Assembly: GCA_963819315.1 (NCBI GenBank) | Contig: CAWFVR010000014.1 | Span: forward strand, 25,909 to 89,908 | Direction of reading: 5' to 3' | DNA from: an uncultured Rubrobacteraceae bacterium | Lineage (GTDB): Bacteria; Actinomycetota; Rubrobacteria; Rubrobacterales; Rubrobacteraceae | Length of the DNA: 64,000 nucleotides | Shown: positions 27,140 through 38,073 of the stretch, one piece after another | Layout of the letters: each line of letters opens with the position of its first letter | How positions within the stretch are numbered: position 1 is the first letter of the stretch | Translations under genes and position numbers: made by a program | The notes under the pieces: generated by a model | Seen by the model: only the letters and a program-made list of their open reading frames with translations | The model's database searches: none | What the model was told of the DNA's origin: nothing

Positions 27140-29269
27140 TCACGCTAGTTTACGCTGCAAATACCGGGCAAAAATGCCATTGAGCAACGCGATGACCTGG
27201 GCCTCCGAGCCCTCTTCGAAGACCTCGCGCTCCGCGGGCCGCTCGACCATCGCGACCGATATCTCGCTGATTGCTTCGAGGGCTACCGGGGAGAGCTCCG
27301 GCGGTGCGACCATCAACAAGCTCCTGCGGACCCGCATCATCGCACTGTCCATACCTTCCAGTTCCAGAGGCTCGTCGAAGTCGTGTACCGAGAAGGAAGG
27401 CCTGACGACGGTGTCGCCGCGGGCGTGGAACAGGGCCAGCGTGGTACCCGGTATCCCGATTCCGCCAAGCTCCATGCGCGCGAGCAGATCAGCCTCCAGG
27501 CGTTCGGGTTCGGAGATCAGGCCCCGCCCGGCGAGCGACTCGCACATCACGCGCACCGCTTCGGGCACGGAGCCACGGGCCTCGTGCCGCGCCAGGAAGG
27601 CGTCCTCCAGTAGCTCCGCTATTACCTGCGTCGCCTCGGCCATCTGGTCGAATTTCGTCTGTCCCCCGCCAAAGACCTCCAGGGACTCGGAGGACGCGCG
27701 CTCCGCGAGGCGAGCGTCGAAGCTCTTCTCTCTGAGGGGATCTCTTATCAATTTCTCTCTAAGGTGGTCCCTTATGCTCTCCACCTCGTCTTCGGAGAGG
27801 AGCGGATGGACCTGCACGTAAGATCCGCTGGGGATCGGCAGGGGGATCGTGGATACGACAAGGTCGAACCCTTCCGGGTCGAAGTCCTCGAGGTCGAACA
27901 ACGAGGTGTTTTGTATCAGCCGAATCTGGGGGAACGCTTTCTCCAGCCTGGAGGCGAGCATCCTGGCGGAGCCGATGCCGGCGGAGCAGATGACGAGGAC
28001 TTTCTGAGGGAATTCCCCCTGCCCCCGGTCGAGTGCTGCTCCGAAGTGCATGGCGACGAACCCGACCTCCTCTTCGGGGATTTCCTCGTCCACGAACACC
28101 TTCTCCATCCCCCGGTTGACCAGGTCGAAGAGCGCCGGGTAGTCCTCCTTGATCTCGGGTAGCAACGGGTTGTAGATGTTCAGGTTCTCCCGCAGGCGTT
28201 GGATGGCCCTATCCAGGTGGGCGAGAAGCCCGGTGTACAGGGAGCTGTCGCCGGCGAGGACCACGCCTGTCTGCTCCTCCACGTAGTGAATCAGGGCCTT
28301 CACCCGCGAGGCGACCTCCAGGTCCGAGGTCTCGAAGTACCGCTCCAGGGCGCCGTCTTGCCTGAGCTTGGTGCCGCGCATGTGCATGGTTATGTACGCG
28401 ATCTCTTCTTCGGGGATGTCTATTTGAAAGGCTTCTTCGATGGCCCGGGCCAGACTCCTGGCGTGCTCGTACTCGGCCGTCTTCCGGAGCCTTTGCAGGA
28501 TATCGTCATCCACCTCGACCTTCCCGCCCTGCAAGAGACGCTCGACCATCAGAGCCACGTGGACGCTCAGGCCCACGAAGGCGCTGTCGGCGATTGCGTA
28601 CGGCAGGCGCCCCACCTCCTCCCCGGTCAAGGCCTCGACCATCCGCAGCCGGTCCTCGTCGATCATCCCCAACAACCGGTCCGAGACATGGTCCGCTATC
28701 AGGCCGTCGGGTATATCTCCGGGCGCCTCCGCAAGGGGAAGAAGCGCCGCCTCGCCGAGGTTTTCCTGGATCAGGCGGCTCATCGCCCGGCGACGATCGT
28801 CCTCCGCCCCGTGAACCTCGACCCCGTAACCGCGTTTACGCAGGAGCGAGAGATCGAAGTCCGCCAGCCAGTCCTCCGCCCCGTCCAGGTCCCGGCTGAC
28901 CGTCCCGACCGAGACCTTCAACCCGCTCGACAGCGCTCGCAGCTTGATCGGCTCGTCCGCCCCGAGGAGCGTGCGCAGCAGAGAAAGCCGCCTTCCTTCC
29001 GGCGTGAGCACCGAAGTACCCGCCTCGCGCAAGGCTTCCAGCGTCTGCACCCGCGCCTCGGCCGACCCCTCGACCCTCAAGCCCCTCCCGGACTGCTTCT
29101 CGAGCGTGAGGCCGCGCGAACCGAGGAACTCCGAGGCTGGCTGCAGGTCGCGATGAACTGTCCTCGCGCTCACGCCGAGCCGGCTGGCGATGTCGCCGGC
29201 GGTGAGTCCTTCCGGGTGGCGCAACAGAACCTCGATCACCTGTATCTCTCGGGCCGAGAGTTCCATCAC
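27140..29269 (-). CDS. mtlR: MtlR-type PRD-containing transcriptional regulator (HTH, 2 PRD, EIIB-Gat-like, EIIA-like)
   Basis: N-terminal HTH (LTAGDIASRLGVSARTVHRDL). PRD-type segments. EIIB-like KVLVICSAGIGSARMLASRL. C-terminal EIIA-like domain. 709 aa. Confidence 0.8.
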   Translation of the reverse strand: MMELSAREIQVIEVLLRHPEGLTAGDIASRLGVSARTVHRDLQPASEFLGSRGLTLEKQSGRGLRVEGSAEARVQTLEALREAGTSVLTPEGRRLSLLRTLLGADEPIKLRALSSGLKVSVGTVSRDLDGAEDWLADFDLSLLRKRGYGVEVHGAEDDRRRAMSRLIQENLGEAALLPLAEAPGDIPDGLIADHVSDRLLGMIDEDRLRMVEALTGEEVGRLPYAIADSAFVGLSVHVALMVERLLQGGKVEVDDDILQRLRKTAEYEHARSLARAIEEAFQIDIPEEEIAYITMHMRGTKLRQDGALERYFETSDLEVASRVKALIHYVEEQTGVVLAGDSSLYTGLLAHLDRAIQRLRENLNIYNPLLPEIKEDYPALFDLVNRGMEKVFVDEEIPEEEVGFVAMHFGAALDRGQGEFPQKVLVICSAGIGSARMLASRLEKAFPQIRLIQNTSLFDLEDFDPEGFDLVVSTIPLPIPSGSYVQVHPLLSEDEVESIRDHLREKLIRDPLREKSFDARLAERASSESLEVFGGGQTKFDQMAEATQVIAELLEDAFLARHEARGSVPEAVRVMCESLAGRGLISEPERLEADLLARMELGGIGIPGTTLALFHARGDTVVRPSFSVHDFDEPLELEGMDSAMMRVRRSLLMVAPPELSPVALEAISEISVAMVERPAEREVFEEGSEAQVIALLNGIFARYLQRKLA

Positions 29270-29320
29270 GCCAGGCCCTGAACCCGCGTGGCCGCTGTTC
29301 CCGCGATCACCTCTTATCGT

Positions 29321-30829
29321 CTATTCCTGGAGCTGCGCTTCCCGGCTTTCCTTGAGTTCAGTCACCACCTCGTCGTACTTGGGGCTGCCGAGGAAGTTGT
29401 CCACCGAGACGTGAATCGCGTTCGGCACCTTCGCCCTGGCCCGATCGGTGAGGTCCTTGTGGGTGACAACGAGGTCCGTATCCTCGGAGAGGTTGCTGAT
29501 GGAAGCGTTGGTCACGGAGACGTCCTCTATACCGGCCTGCTTGACCTTGTTCCTGAGCAGCGACGCTCCCATCGCGCTGGAGCCCATCCCTGCGTCACAG
29601 GCGAAAACGATTGATTTCACCTGGCCGAACTCGGGGGTGGCTTCGCCGTCGGTCTTTCCGTCCTCGGTCTTTCCGTCTTCCGTCAGCGTGCCGGCCACGC
29701 TGCTCTTGCTGCCCTTCATCGCTTCCATCTGCGCGGCAGCCATGCCCAGGCTCTGCTCGTCATCCTCGTCAGTGTCGGCAGAAGCTCGGATTATCACGGA
29801 GGCCACCAGGAACGAGACGACGGCCGCGGCGAATACAGCCGACATCACGCCGGCAAAGCCACCACGTGGCGTCATGGCTATGTAGGCGAAGATGCTACCC
29901 GGAGCTGGCGTCGAGACGAGGCCCGCGTTGAAGACGGTGGCAGTAAAGATGCCGCTCGCCCCGCCGGCGATGGCCGCGATGATCAGGGCCGGCTTCATCA
30001 GGACGTAGGGGAAGTAGATCTCGTGTATTCCGCCGAAGAACTGGATGACCGCGGCTCCCGGAGCCGAGCTCTTGGCGAGGCCGGTTCCGAAGATGCTGTA
30101 CGCCAGCAGGATGCCGAGCCCCGGACCAGGGTTCGTCTCGACCATGAAAAGGATCGACTTGCCGGCCTCCTGGGCCTGATCTATGGCGAGCGGGGCCAGG
30201 ATACCGTGGTTTATCGCGTTGTTCAGGAACAGCACCTTCGCCGGCTCGACGATGATGCTCACGAGCGGCAGGAGCCCGAGGGCCACGATGAAGTCCACGG
30301 CGGCCCCGAGAGTGTCGCTTATGGAGGTGATGATAGGGCCGGCGCCGAGGACACCGATGATGGCGAGTGCGCCGCCAATGATACCGGCGGAGAAGGTGCT
30401 CACCAGCATCTCGAAGCCCTGGCGAACCCTGTGTGCGACGAGGTCGTCGAACTTCATGATCAGGTATCCACCGAGTGGCCCCATGATGAGCGCGCCGAGG
30501 AACATCGGTACGTCGGACCCGACTATGGCGCCGATGGTGGCTATCGCGCCGACCACACCGCCTCGCGCACCGTAGACTATCCGGCCACCTGTGTAGGCGA
30601 TCAAGAGCGGCAGCAGGTAGAAGATCATGGGCTCCACCAGCTGCGCCAGCCGCTCGTTCGGGTACCACCCATCGGGTATGAATATCGCCGTGATCAAACC
30701 CCACGCGATGAACGCGCCGATGTTCGGCATGACCATCCCGCTAAGGAAGCTCCCGAACCTCTGGACCTTCACCCTGAAGCTGGTGCCTCCCGACCCCCCG
30801 TCACCGCTCGCAGCACTTGCTTGTGCCAT
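29321..30829 (-). CDS. mtlA: PTS mannitol-specific EIICB component
   Basis: Start moved to ATG 30829. EIIC-Mtl N-terminus VKVQRFGSFLSGMVMPNIGAFIAWGLITAIF. EIIB Cys site IVFACDAGMGSSAMGASLL. About 502 aa. Confidence 0.88.
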   Translation of the reverse strand: MAQASAASGDGGSGGTSFRVKVQRFGSFLSGMVMPNIGAFIAWGLITAIFIPDGWYPNERLAQLVEPMIFYLLPLLIAYTGGRIVYGARGGVVGAIATIGAIVGSDVPMFLGALIMGPLGGYLIMKFDDLVAHRVRQGFEMLVSTFSAGIIGGALAIIGVLGAGPIITSISDTLGAAVDFIVALGLLPLVSIIVEPAKVLFLNNAINHGILAPLAIDQAQEAGKSILFMVETNPGPGLGILLAYSIFGTGLAKSSAPGAAVIQFFGGIHEIYFPYVLMKPALIIAAIAGGASGIFTATVFNAGLVSTPAPGSIFAYIAMTPRGGFAGVMSAVFAAAVVSFLVASVIIRASADTDEDDEQSLGMAAAQMEAMKGSKSSVAGTLTEDGKTEDGKTDGEATPEFGQVKSIVFACDAGMGSSAMGASLLRNKVKQAGIEDVSVTNASISNLSEDTDLVVTHKDLTDRARAKVPNAIHVSVDNFLGSPKYDEVVTELKESREAQLQE

Positions 30830-31027
30830 TATTCTTCTCCCTTTCCGTTCACCGAGATTTAGCCTACTCTCCCACCCTAATCCTAGATCTGTCGACGTGC
30901 TTGTGCAATATGTACTTAATACCATCCGGACACACGAGTTGTTGACAAAAGTGTATTAGTAAGGACGGGACGACAGCCGGGGCTTGCGTGAGTCGGCGCT
31001 GCGGTACCGGGCGCAGGGCAGTCGGTG

Positions 31028-31531
31028 CTATGGCGCCTGGTTGGTATTGGGGTCCCACCGCGTAAGGGGACGGAGTTGTTCGATTGTTCCTCCCCTGATC
31101 AGGGATCCGTCGTCGGTACGGTGCAGCCGCCAGGTGCCGGCCTCGTCGTACAGGATCTTCCCAACGTCGGGGTAATGGACGGTGTCGTACGCCATCCGGG
31201 TGCCGAAGATGAGGTAGGTGCAGGGTGCATTCGAACGGTTCACGACCTGATGGGCGTTCGCCGTGCCCGCCGGCCAGCAGGCCGCGTCGCCGGGGTGCAG
31301 CAAATGAGCACCATCCTCCTCGATCACGGTCGCTTCGCCAGAAAGCATGTAGAGGAACTCGTCTTCCTCTTCGTGCCAGTGCCGGTCGGAAGTTATTTCG
31401 CCCGGTTGCGGTTGTAACGTCTCGACATAGGCGCCGAACTGGGTCAACCCGCCCGCGTCGGAATATTGCAGCCGCTCCGTCCGTTCATCGGTCTCCCGAT
31501 CTGCCGGTGGTTGACCTTTCCGAATGATCAT
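31028..31531 (-). CDS. Cupin domain protein
   Basis: The region HWHEEEDEFLYMLSGEATVIEEDG...LHPGDAACWPAGTANAHQVVN matches the cupin motifs (H.H...E and G....P......H). Confidence 0.65.
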   Translation of the reverse strand: MIIRKGQPPADRETDERTERLQYSDAGGLTQFGAYVETLQPQPGEITSDRHWHEEEDEFLYMLSGEATVIEEDGAHLLHPGDAACWPAGTANAHQVVNRSNAPCTYLIFGTRMAYDTVHYPDVGKILYDEAGTWRLHRTDDGSLIRGGTIEQLRPLTRWDPNTNQAP

Positions 31532-31991
31532 CTCGGTCCTCCATAGGTGTCCCGTACTACCTTCGGGTGAACTTGGCTCTGCCTCCCTCGAAGTACCTGA
31601 TGAGGCAGCTCATGATCGATTCTACTGCAGAGACACCTTGTTCCGGAAGAGCCTGCTGGCGTTTTCGGAAGGACCGGACACGAACGAAGAGAAGCGGGAG
31701 GTCGTCGAGAAGCTCCAGAAGCAGGAGTCCAAACGCAGCCTCCTCGCCTGCCTGGCTTGTTGTCTGGTCGGTCATCGTCGTTGTCTCTTTGCTAGTCATT
31801 GTCTTCACACTCCTTTTCCTGGTGAGGGCGCGGGGTCTCGTGAGCTCTCTGATGCCGGGCGAGGTCTACTCCGCAAGAGGCGGTGCAATACCCTCTCACC
31901 CGCCGCCCTTTCGAGGCCGCGAAGCTACGCCCGCACGTTCCGCCTTCGATGAGCGAGCTCTACGGTGTCATGGCCAGGCTGCGGGAGTCTG

Positions 31992-31997
31992 TATAAT
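31992..31997 (+). promoter_or_regulatory. Candidate -10 box (TATAAT) for sucCD
   Basis: Perfect TATAAT, 38 nt upstream of the sucC TTG start. GGGAG lies 8 nt before the start. No clear -35. Confidence 0.3.
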
Positions 31998-32034
31998 TCT
32001 CACCGTCGTAACGGGCTTCGCGGGAGTCTAGAGC

Positions 32035-33186
32035 TTGGATCTCTACGAGTATCAGGGTAAGGAACTGCTGAGGAAACACGGCGTCGAGACGCTCGAAGGC
32101 ATCGTCGCCGAGACACCGGAGCAAGCGCGGCAGGCGGCGGAGACGTTCGGTGGAACCGTAGCCGTCAAGGCCCAGGTCCTCACGGGCGGCCGTGGCAAGG
32201 CCGGCGGCATAAAGGTGGTAAATAGCCCCGAGGAGGCCGAGGCCGCCGCGCGGCAGATCCTTGGCATGGACATAAGGGGACACACCGTCAGGCGCCTGCT
32301 TATCGAGGCGGGGGCTGATATCGAGAGCGAGATGTACCTCTCGATAACGGTGGACCGGGAGGCGAAGAGGCCCCTTATCCTGTTCTCCACCGAGGGCGGC
32401 GTGGAGATCGAGGAGGTCGCGGAGAGCAACCCCGAAGCCATCGTGCACCTCCACGTCGACCCCCTCCTCGGCCTCCTGCCCTACCAGGTGCGCGAGCTGA
32501 CCTTCTCCGCCGGCCTCGAAGGAGACGTAGCCAAAGGAGTGGGCGGGGTGCTCCGCAACCTGTACGGGGCGTTCGAGGGGCTGGACGCGAGCCTTGTGGA
32601 GATAAACCCCCTCGTCGTAACGGGCGACGGGCGCGTGCTGGCGCTCGACGCCAAGGTCACTGTAGATAACTCGAGCCTGTACAGGCACGAGGACATAGCG
32701 AAGATGCACGACGTGGAGGCGGCGGACCCGCAGGAGCAGCGGGCGCAGGAGGTCGGCCTGCAGTACGTCAAGCTCGACGGCGACGTCGGCATCCTTGGCA
32801 ACGGGGCCGGGCTGGTGATGAGCACGCTCGACGTCGTGGCGCAGGCTGGTGGTGAGCCGGCCAACTTCTGCGACGTCGGCGGCGGTGCTGACGCGGAGAA
32901 GATCTCGACCGCGCTCGACATAGTGACCTCGAACGAGCAGGTCAGGAGCGTGCTCTTCAACATCTTCGGCGGCATCACGCGCGGCGACGAGGTGGCCCGC
33001 GGGCTCCTCTCGGCTATAGAGCGCACCGGGATAGACCTCCCCATTGTAGTGCGGCTCGACGGAACCAACGCCGAGGAGGGACGCCAGATACTCGCCGAGA
33101 ACACTCCCGAGAACGTCGTGACCGAGGAGACGATGCTCGACGCCGCCCGCAAGGCCGTCGAGCTGGCGCGGGACGGAGGGCGGTAA
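32035..33186 (+). CDS. sucC: Succinyl-CoA synthetase (ADP-forming) beta subunit
   Basis: [17 protein letters not shown]...[19 protein letters not shown]...[16 protein letters not shown] start. Confidence 0.93.
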   Translation: MDLYEYQGKELLRKHGVETLEGIVAETPEQARQAAETFGGTVAVKAQVLTGGRGKAGGIKVVNSPEEAEAAARQILGMDIRGHTVRRLLIEAGADIESEMYLSITVDREAKRPLILFSTEGGVEIEEVAESNPEAIVHLHVDPLLGLLPYQVRELTFSAGLEGDVAKGVGGVLRNLYGAFEGLDASLVEINPLVVTGDGRVLALDAKVTVDNSSLYRHEDIAKMHDVEAADPQEQRAQEVGLQYVKLDGDVGILGNGAGLVMSTLDVVAQAGGEPANFCDVGGGADAEKISTALDIVTSNEQVRSVLFNIFGGITRGDEVARGLLSAIERTGIDLPIVVRLDGTNAEEGRQILAENTPENVVTEETMLDAARKAVELARDGGR

Positions 33187-34055
33187 TGGCGATACTCGTT
33201 GACGACAACACGCGGCTCCTGGTGCAGGGGATAACAGGCAGGGAGGGCGCCTTCCACACAGGCCGGATGCTCGAGAGCGGCACACGGGTAGTCGCGGGGG
33301 TGACCCCAGGCAAGGGCGGGCAGGACTACGAGGGCGTGCCGGTCTTCGACACCGTCGAGAAGGCCGTCGAGGAGACAGGGGCGAACGCGAGCGTCATCTT
33401 CGTCCCGCCGCCCTTCGCCGCCGACGCCATCTTCGAGTCGCTCGACGGGGCCATGAGCACGGTCTGCTGCATAACGGAAGGCATCCCGGTGCACGACATG
33501 ATGCGCGTGACCGACTATCTCCAGATGAAGGAAGCGACGCTCATCGGGCCGAACTGCCCCGGCGTGCTCTCGCCAGGTAAGGCAAACGTCTCCATCATGC
33601 CCCGCGACATATTCATGCCTGGCAACGTCGGGGTCGTCAGCCGGAGCGGGACGCTCACATACCAGATAGTCAACGAGCTGACACAGAGAGGCATCGGGCA
33701 GAGTACGGCCGTGGGGATCGGGGGCGACCCGATCATCGGGACGGACTTCATCGAGATATTGGAGAAGTTCGAGGCCGACCCAGAGACGGAGTGCGTGGTG
33801 ATGATCGGGGAGATCGGGGGCAACGCCGAGCAGCTCGCCGCCGAGTACGTAAGGAGCCAGATGGATACACCCGTCGTCGCCTACATCGCGGGCTTCACGG
33901 CTCCGGAGGGCAAGACTATGGGTCACGCGGGCGCCATTGTCTCGGGCGGCGAGAGCACGGCCGAAGCCAAGAGCGAGGCCCTCAGAAGAGCGGGTATCAG
34001 CGCGGCGACGAACCCTTCCGAGGTCGCCGAGCTGGTCGCCGAAGCGCTCCGGTAG
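33186..34055 (+). CDS. sucD: Succinyl-CoA synthetase alpha subunit
   Basis: [22 protein letters not shown]...GPNCPGV...the phospho-His region [14 protein letters not shown]. Its start overlaps the sucC stop. Confidence 0.93.
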   Translation: MAILVDDNTRLLVQGITGREGAFHTGRMLESGTRVVAGVTPGKGGQDYEGVPVFDTVEKAVEETGANASVIFVPPPFAADAIFESLDGAMSTVCCITEGIPVHDMMRVTDYLQMKEATLIGPNCPGVLSPGKANVSIMPRDIFMPGNVGVVSRSGTLTYQIVNELTQRGIGQSTAVGIGGDPIIGTDFIEILEKFEADPETECVVMIGEIGGNAEQLAAEYVRSQMDTPVVAYIAGFTAPEGKTMGHAGAIVSGGESTAEAKSEALRRAGISAATNPSEVAELVAEALR

Positions 34056-34088
34056 CGTAAACGCGGAGGAGCCGGACACGCGGGAAGC

Positions 34089-36045
34089 ATGATGGCCGAA
34101 CTGACGGATCCGTCGAAACATCCCTCGAGCCGGGTCGCGCGCTGGCTGCTCGAACAGCGCGTCGAAGAGGTCAGGGGGCCGGAGGCCAAGGAGACCCAGG
34201 AGAAGCACCCCTGGTGGCAGGTCGTGTGCCTGACAGGGGTTGACTACTTCTCGACCCTTGGATACATCCCGGGCATAGCGGCGCTCGCGGCCGGGGCGCT
34301 CTCACCTATCGCCACCCTGCTCATCGTACTGCTCACGCTCTTCGGGATGCTGCCGATGTACAGGCGCGTCGCCGAGCAGAGCCCGCACGGGCAGGGCTCG
34401 ATCGCGATGCTCGAGAACCTACTCTCGTTCTGGCAGGGCAAGGTACTTGTGCTCATCCTCCTCGGGTTCGTGGCGACAGCCTGGGTGGTCACGATCACTC
34501 TCTCTGCCGCAGACGCTACTGCCCACATCGTCCAGAACCCGCTCGTGCCGGCGTACTTCCACGACAAAGATGTCATGATTACCCTCGGGCTGCTCGCGCT
34601 GCTCGGCGCCATATTCCTCAGGGGTTTCAGGGAGGCTATCGGAGTCGCGGTGCTCGTAGTGGGAGCCTACCTCCTGCTCAACCTCGTCGTAGTAGCCGAC
34701 GGCCTTTACACCATACTGACCAACCCGCAGATGATAGGCGATTGGCAGAATGCGCTGTTTGCCAGCTACGGCAGTCCGCTGGTTATGCTGGGAGTATCGC
34801 TGCTGGTGTTCCCGCAGCTCGCCCTGGGACTCTCGGGGTTCGAGACCGGCGTCGGTCTGATGCCGCTCGTGCGCGGCGACCCTGACGACGACCCGGAGCG
34901 TCCCGCAGGCCGCATCCGCAACACGCGAAAGATGCTCACCGCAGCAGCCCTCACCATGAGCTTCTACCTCATTACCACGAGCTTCGTCACAGCACTGCTC
35001 ATACCCCCCGAGGCCTTCGAAGAGGGTGGCGGCGCCAACGGACGCGCGCTCGCCTACGTGGCGCACCAGTACCTCGGCGAGGCCTTCGGCACCATCTACG
35101 ATCTGAGTACTATCACCATACTCTGGTTTGCTGGGGCCTCGGCGATGGCGGGTCTCTTGAACATTGTGCCCCGTTATCTGCCTCGCTACGGCATGGCTCC
35201 CGAGTGGGGTCGCGCGATCCGGCCTCTCGTACTCGTCTACACGGCGGTCGGCTTCGCCGTCACCATTATCTTCGGCGCCAGCGTCGACGCGCAAGCAGGG
35301 GCTTACGCGACCGGTGTACTTGCGATGATGACCTCGGCCGCCTTCGCGGTGACGCTCTCCACTTATCGGCGGGGATCTAGGGGCGAGGCGCTCGCGTTCG
35401 GGTTCGTTACCGTCGTGTTCATCTACGCCCTCGCGGCTAACGAGATACAGCGGCCGGACGGGCTCACGATCTCCGCCTTCTTCGTCATCGCGATCATCAC
35501 CACGTCGCTCGTCTCACGGATCTACCGCTCGCTCGAGCTCAGGCAGAAGAGGATAGAGATCGACGAGACGGCCCAGCGCTTCCTGGACGAGGCGGCGCAG
35601 AAGGGCGAGATCCACATCGTCGCCCACAGGCGCCGCACGGGCAACGACCCCGAGGAGTACGCCCGCAAGGAGAAGGAGCAGCGCGAGGACAACCACATCC
35701 CGCCAGGCGAGCCCATAATCTTCCTCGAGGTCGACGTCGAGGACGCCTCGGAGTTCGAGGACGTGCTGGAGGTGAAGGGCGTGGAGGTAGGCGGGCACAA
35801 GGTGCTGCGCGCCAAGAGCTCTGTGGTGCCCAAACGCCATAGCAGCCCTCCTGCTGCACCTGCGCGACACCACAGGCAGGACGCCCCACTGCTACTTCGG
35901 CTGGACCGAGGGAAACCCGATCGTGTACCTCTTGCGCTTTCTACTCTTCGGTGAGGGGGACACAGCCCCCGTTACCCACGAGGTCCTGCGCGAAGCCGAG
36001 CCGGATGCCAAACGCCGCCCCGCCATCCACGTCGGCGGACGATGA
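34089..36045 (+). pseudogene. APC-superfamily-like permease with C-terminal cytoplasmic domain, one frameshift at 35829-35834 (CCCAAA)
   Basis: About 12 TM segments, including [20 protein letters not shown]. After ...LRAKSSVVP, the frame-shifted continuation [58 protein letters not shown] runs to TGA 36043-36045 with good coding bias. Confidence 0.55.
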
Positions 36046-36068
36046 GCGGGCCGGTCTACCCGCGCTAG

Positions 36069-37394
36069 ATGTTCTCGCGGCTCTCGGCTCCCCAGCTCAT
36101 AGTGCTCGCTTTCGCGGGGCTGATCGTGGTGGGTACTCTGTTGCTGAAGATTCCGGCGGCGAACAACGGCATCACCTGGATGGAGGCCTTCTTCGAGTCG
36201 GTGAGCGCGGTTACGGTGACGGGTCTGCAGGCCGTCGTGCCAGCCAAGGCTTTCACGCCGCTAGGGCAGGGAATCCTTGCCGCGCTCATACAGCTGGGCG
36301 GGCTCGGGATAATGACCGCAGCAACGGTAGGCGCGCTCCTCATCGGCCGCCGCATGGGCTTCCGGGAGCTCCTCATCGTGCGCGAGGAGCTCGCGAGCCC
36401 TGACTCGCCGAGGAACGTCGCGCGCCTGGTCGGCCAGGTCGTGCTCATAACCTTTCTCGTCGAGCTCGTAGGCGTGGTGGCGCTCACGGTCCGCTTCGCG
36501 CTCCAGGGACATGGACTCGGGTCCCTCGGGCTCGCGACCTTCCACACCATCGCCGCGTTCTGCAACGCGGGGTTCGACATCTTCGAAGGGGGCATGGCCT
36601 CCTACGCTGGCGACCCCACGGTCAACCTGACGCTCATATACCTGATCATCGCCGGCGGCCTCGGGTTCCCTGTGCTCGTGAACCTCTACTACTACCCGAA
36701 GATCCGGCGCCTCACCCTCCAATCGAAGCTGGTGCTTATCACGACGGCCGTGTTGCTCGCAGTCGGGGTCGGAAGCGTCGCGTTGCTCGAGTGGACCAAC
36801 CCCCTCACCCTGGGCGGGGAGCCCTTCGAAACCAGGGTTCTCATGTCGCTGTTCCAGGGAGTAACACCCCGGACGGCGGGGTTCGCGACGGTCACCTACT
36901 CCGACATGCGAGACCCGACGCTCGCGGTGCAGATCGCGCTCATGTTCATAGGGACCGCCCCCGTCTCTACCGGCGGCGGCATCAAGGTTACGACGCTAGC
37001 ATTGGTCTTCCTGATCTTCCTGTCCCAGATGCGGGGCCAGCAGGAGGTAACAGCCTTCGAGCGAAGGATACCGCGCTCCCTCATAGCGAAGAGCCTGACG
37101 GTTCTCTCGCTCTCCGTGCTGCTCGTCGCCGGCGCCTCCCTGGCGTTGATGATCTCCGACGAGGTCTCGTTCCTTCCGGCCATCTTCGAGGTCACCTCAG
37201 CCTTCGGAACGGTCGGGCTCTCTCTAGGTCCGGGCTACGGGCTGGCCACGGAGCTCGGCCCATTCGGTAAACTTCTGCTGGCCGCTGTAATGTTCGCGGG
37301 ACGGGTGGGACCGATAACCGTCATCGTGGCCCTAGCCCAGCGCAGCAAGCCCCGGCGGTACACGCTCCCCGAGGAGGAGATAGCGATAGGATGA
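36069..37394 (+). CDS. ktrB: TrkH/KtrB family K+ transporter membrane subunit
   Basis: Repeated pore-loop motifs SVSAVTVTGL, FCNAGFD, TPRTAGFATV and VSTGGGIKVTT. 441 aa. Confidence 0.8.
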   Translation: MFSRLSAPQLIVLAFAGLIVVGTLLLKIPAANNGITWMEAFFESVSAVTVTGLQAVVPAKAFTPLGQGILAALIQLGGLGIMTAATVGALLIGRRMGFRELLIVREELASPDSPRNVARLVGQVVLITFLVELVGVVALTVRFALQGHGLGSLGLATFHTIAAFCNAGFDIFEGGMASYAGDPTVNLTLIYLIIAGGLGFPVLVNLYYYPKIRRLTLQSKLVLITTAVLLAVGVGSVALLEWTNPLTLGGEPFETRVLMSLFQGVTPRTAGFATVTYSDMRDPTLAVQIALMFIGTAPVSTGGGIKVTTLALVFLIFLSQMRGQQEVTAFERRIPRSLIAKSLTVLSLSVLLVAGASLALMISDEVSFLPAIFEVTSAFGTVGLSLGPGYGLATELGPFGKLLLAAVMFAGRVGPITVIVALAQRSKPRRYTLPEEEIAIG

Positions 37395-38062
37395 GCCGGC
37401 AGTTCGTCATCATCGGTCTGGGGCGGCTCGGCAGCGCAATGCTGGAAACGTTGCTCTCCCTCGGTCACGAGGTGCTCGGGATAGACCTCGACGAGAACCT
37501 GATCCAGGAGCTCGCTGGCGAGTACCCCCGAGCCCACCTGGTCGCGGCGGACGCCACCGATGAGTCCGTGTTGAGAGACCTGAACGTCGCCCACTTCGAC
37601 GGCGCGGCGGTGGTAATCGGGGAGAACATGGAGGCCGGCATACTCGCAACCGCCAACCTCAAGGAGCTCGGAGTACCCTTCGTCGTCTCGCGTGCGCTCA
37701 GCAAGCTGCACGGGCGGGTGCTGCATAAGATCGGGGCCGACCGCGTCATCGAGCCAGAGCGGGACATGGGCGCTCAGCTGGCCCGGACGATGTCCTCACC
37801 CGTCGTGATCGACTACGTTGACCTCGGAGGGGACGAGGCCCTGATCGAAGCCGAAGTCCCCAAGGAGTGGGTGGGCAAGAGCCTCGCTGACCTGCACCTC
37901 TCTCGCGAGAGCGGTCTGACTATTCTGGCGGTCAAGCCGAAGGGCAAGTCCGGCACCATACCCAGTGGCGATACGGTTCTCGAGGAGGGTGACGTGATCG
38001 TGGTCGGAGGAACCAAGAAGGCCCTGGACCGGTCCCCGCTCGTCCGGCCCGAGGGCAGATAA
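37391..38062 (+). CDS. ktrA: TrkA/KtrA family K+ uptake regulatory (RCK, NAD-binding) subunit
   Basis: FVIIGLGRLGSAM Rossmann N-terminus plus a TrkA-C domain. 223 aa. Overlaps the upstream gene by 4 nt. Confidence 0.8.
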   Translation: MSRQFVIIGLGRLGSAMLETLLSLGHEVLGIDLDENLIQELAGEYPRAHLVAADATDESVLRDLNVAHFDGAAVVIGENMEAGILATANLKELGVPFVVSRALSKLHGRVLHKIGADRVIEPERDMGAQLARTMSSPVVIDYVDLGGDEALIEAEVPKEWVGKSLADLHLSRESGLTILAVKPKGKSGTIPSGDTVLEEGDVIVVGGTKKALDRSPLVRPEGR

Positions 38063-38073
38063 GGAGATCGGCG

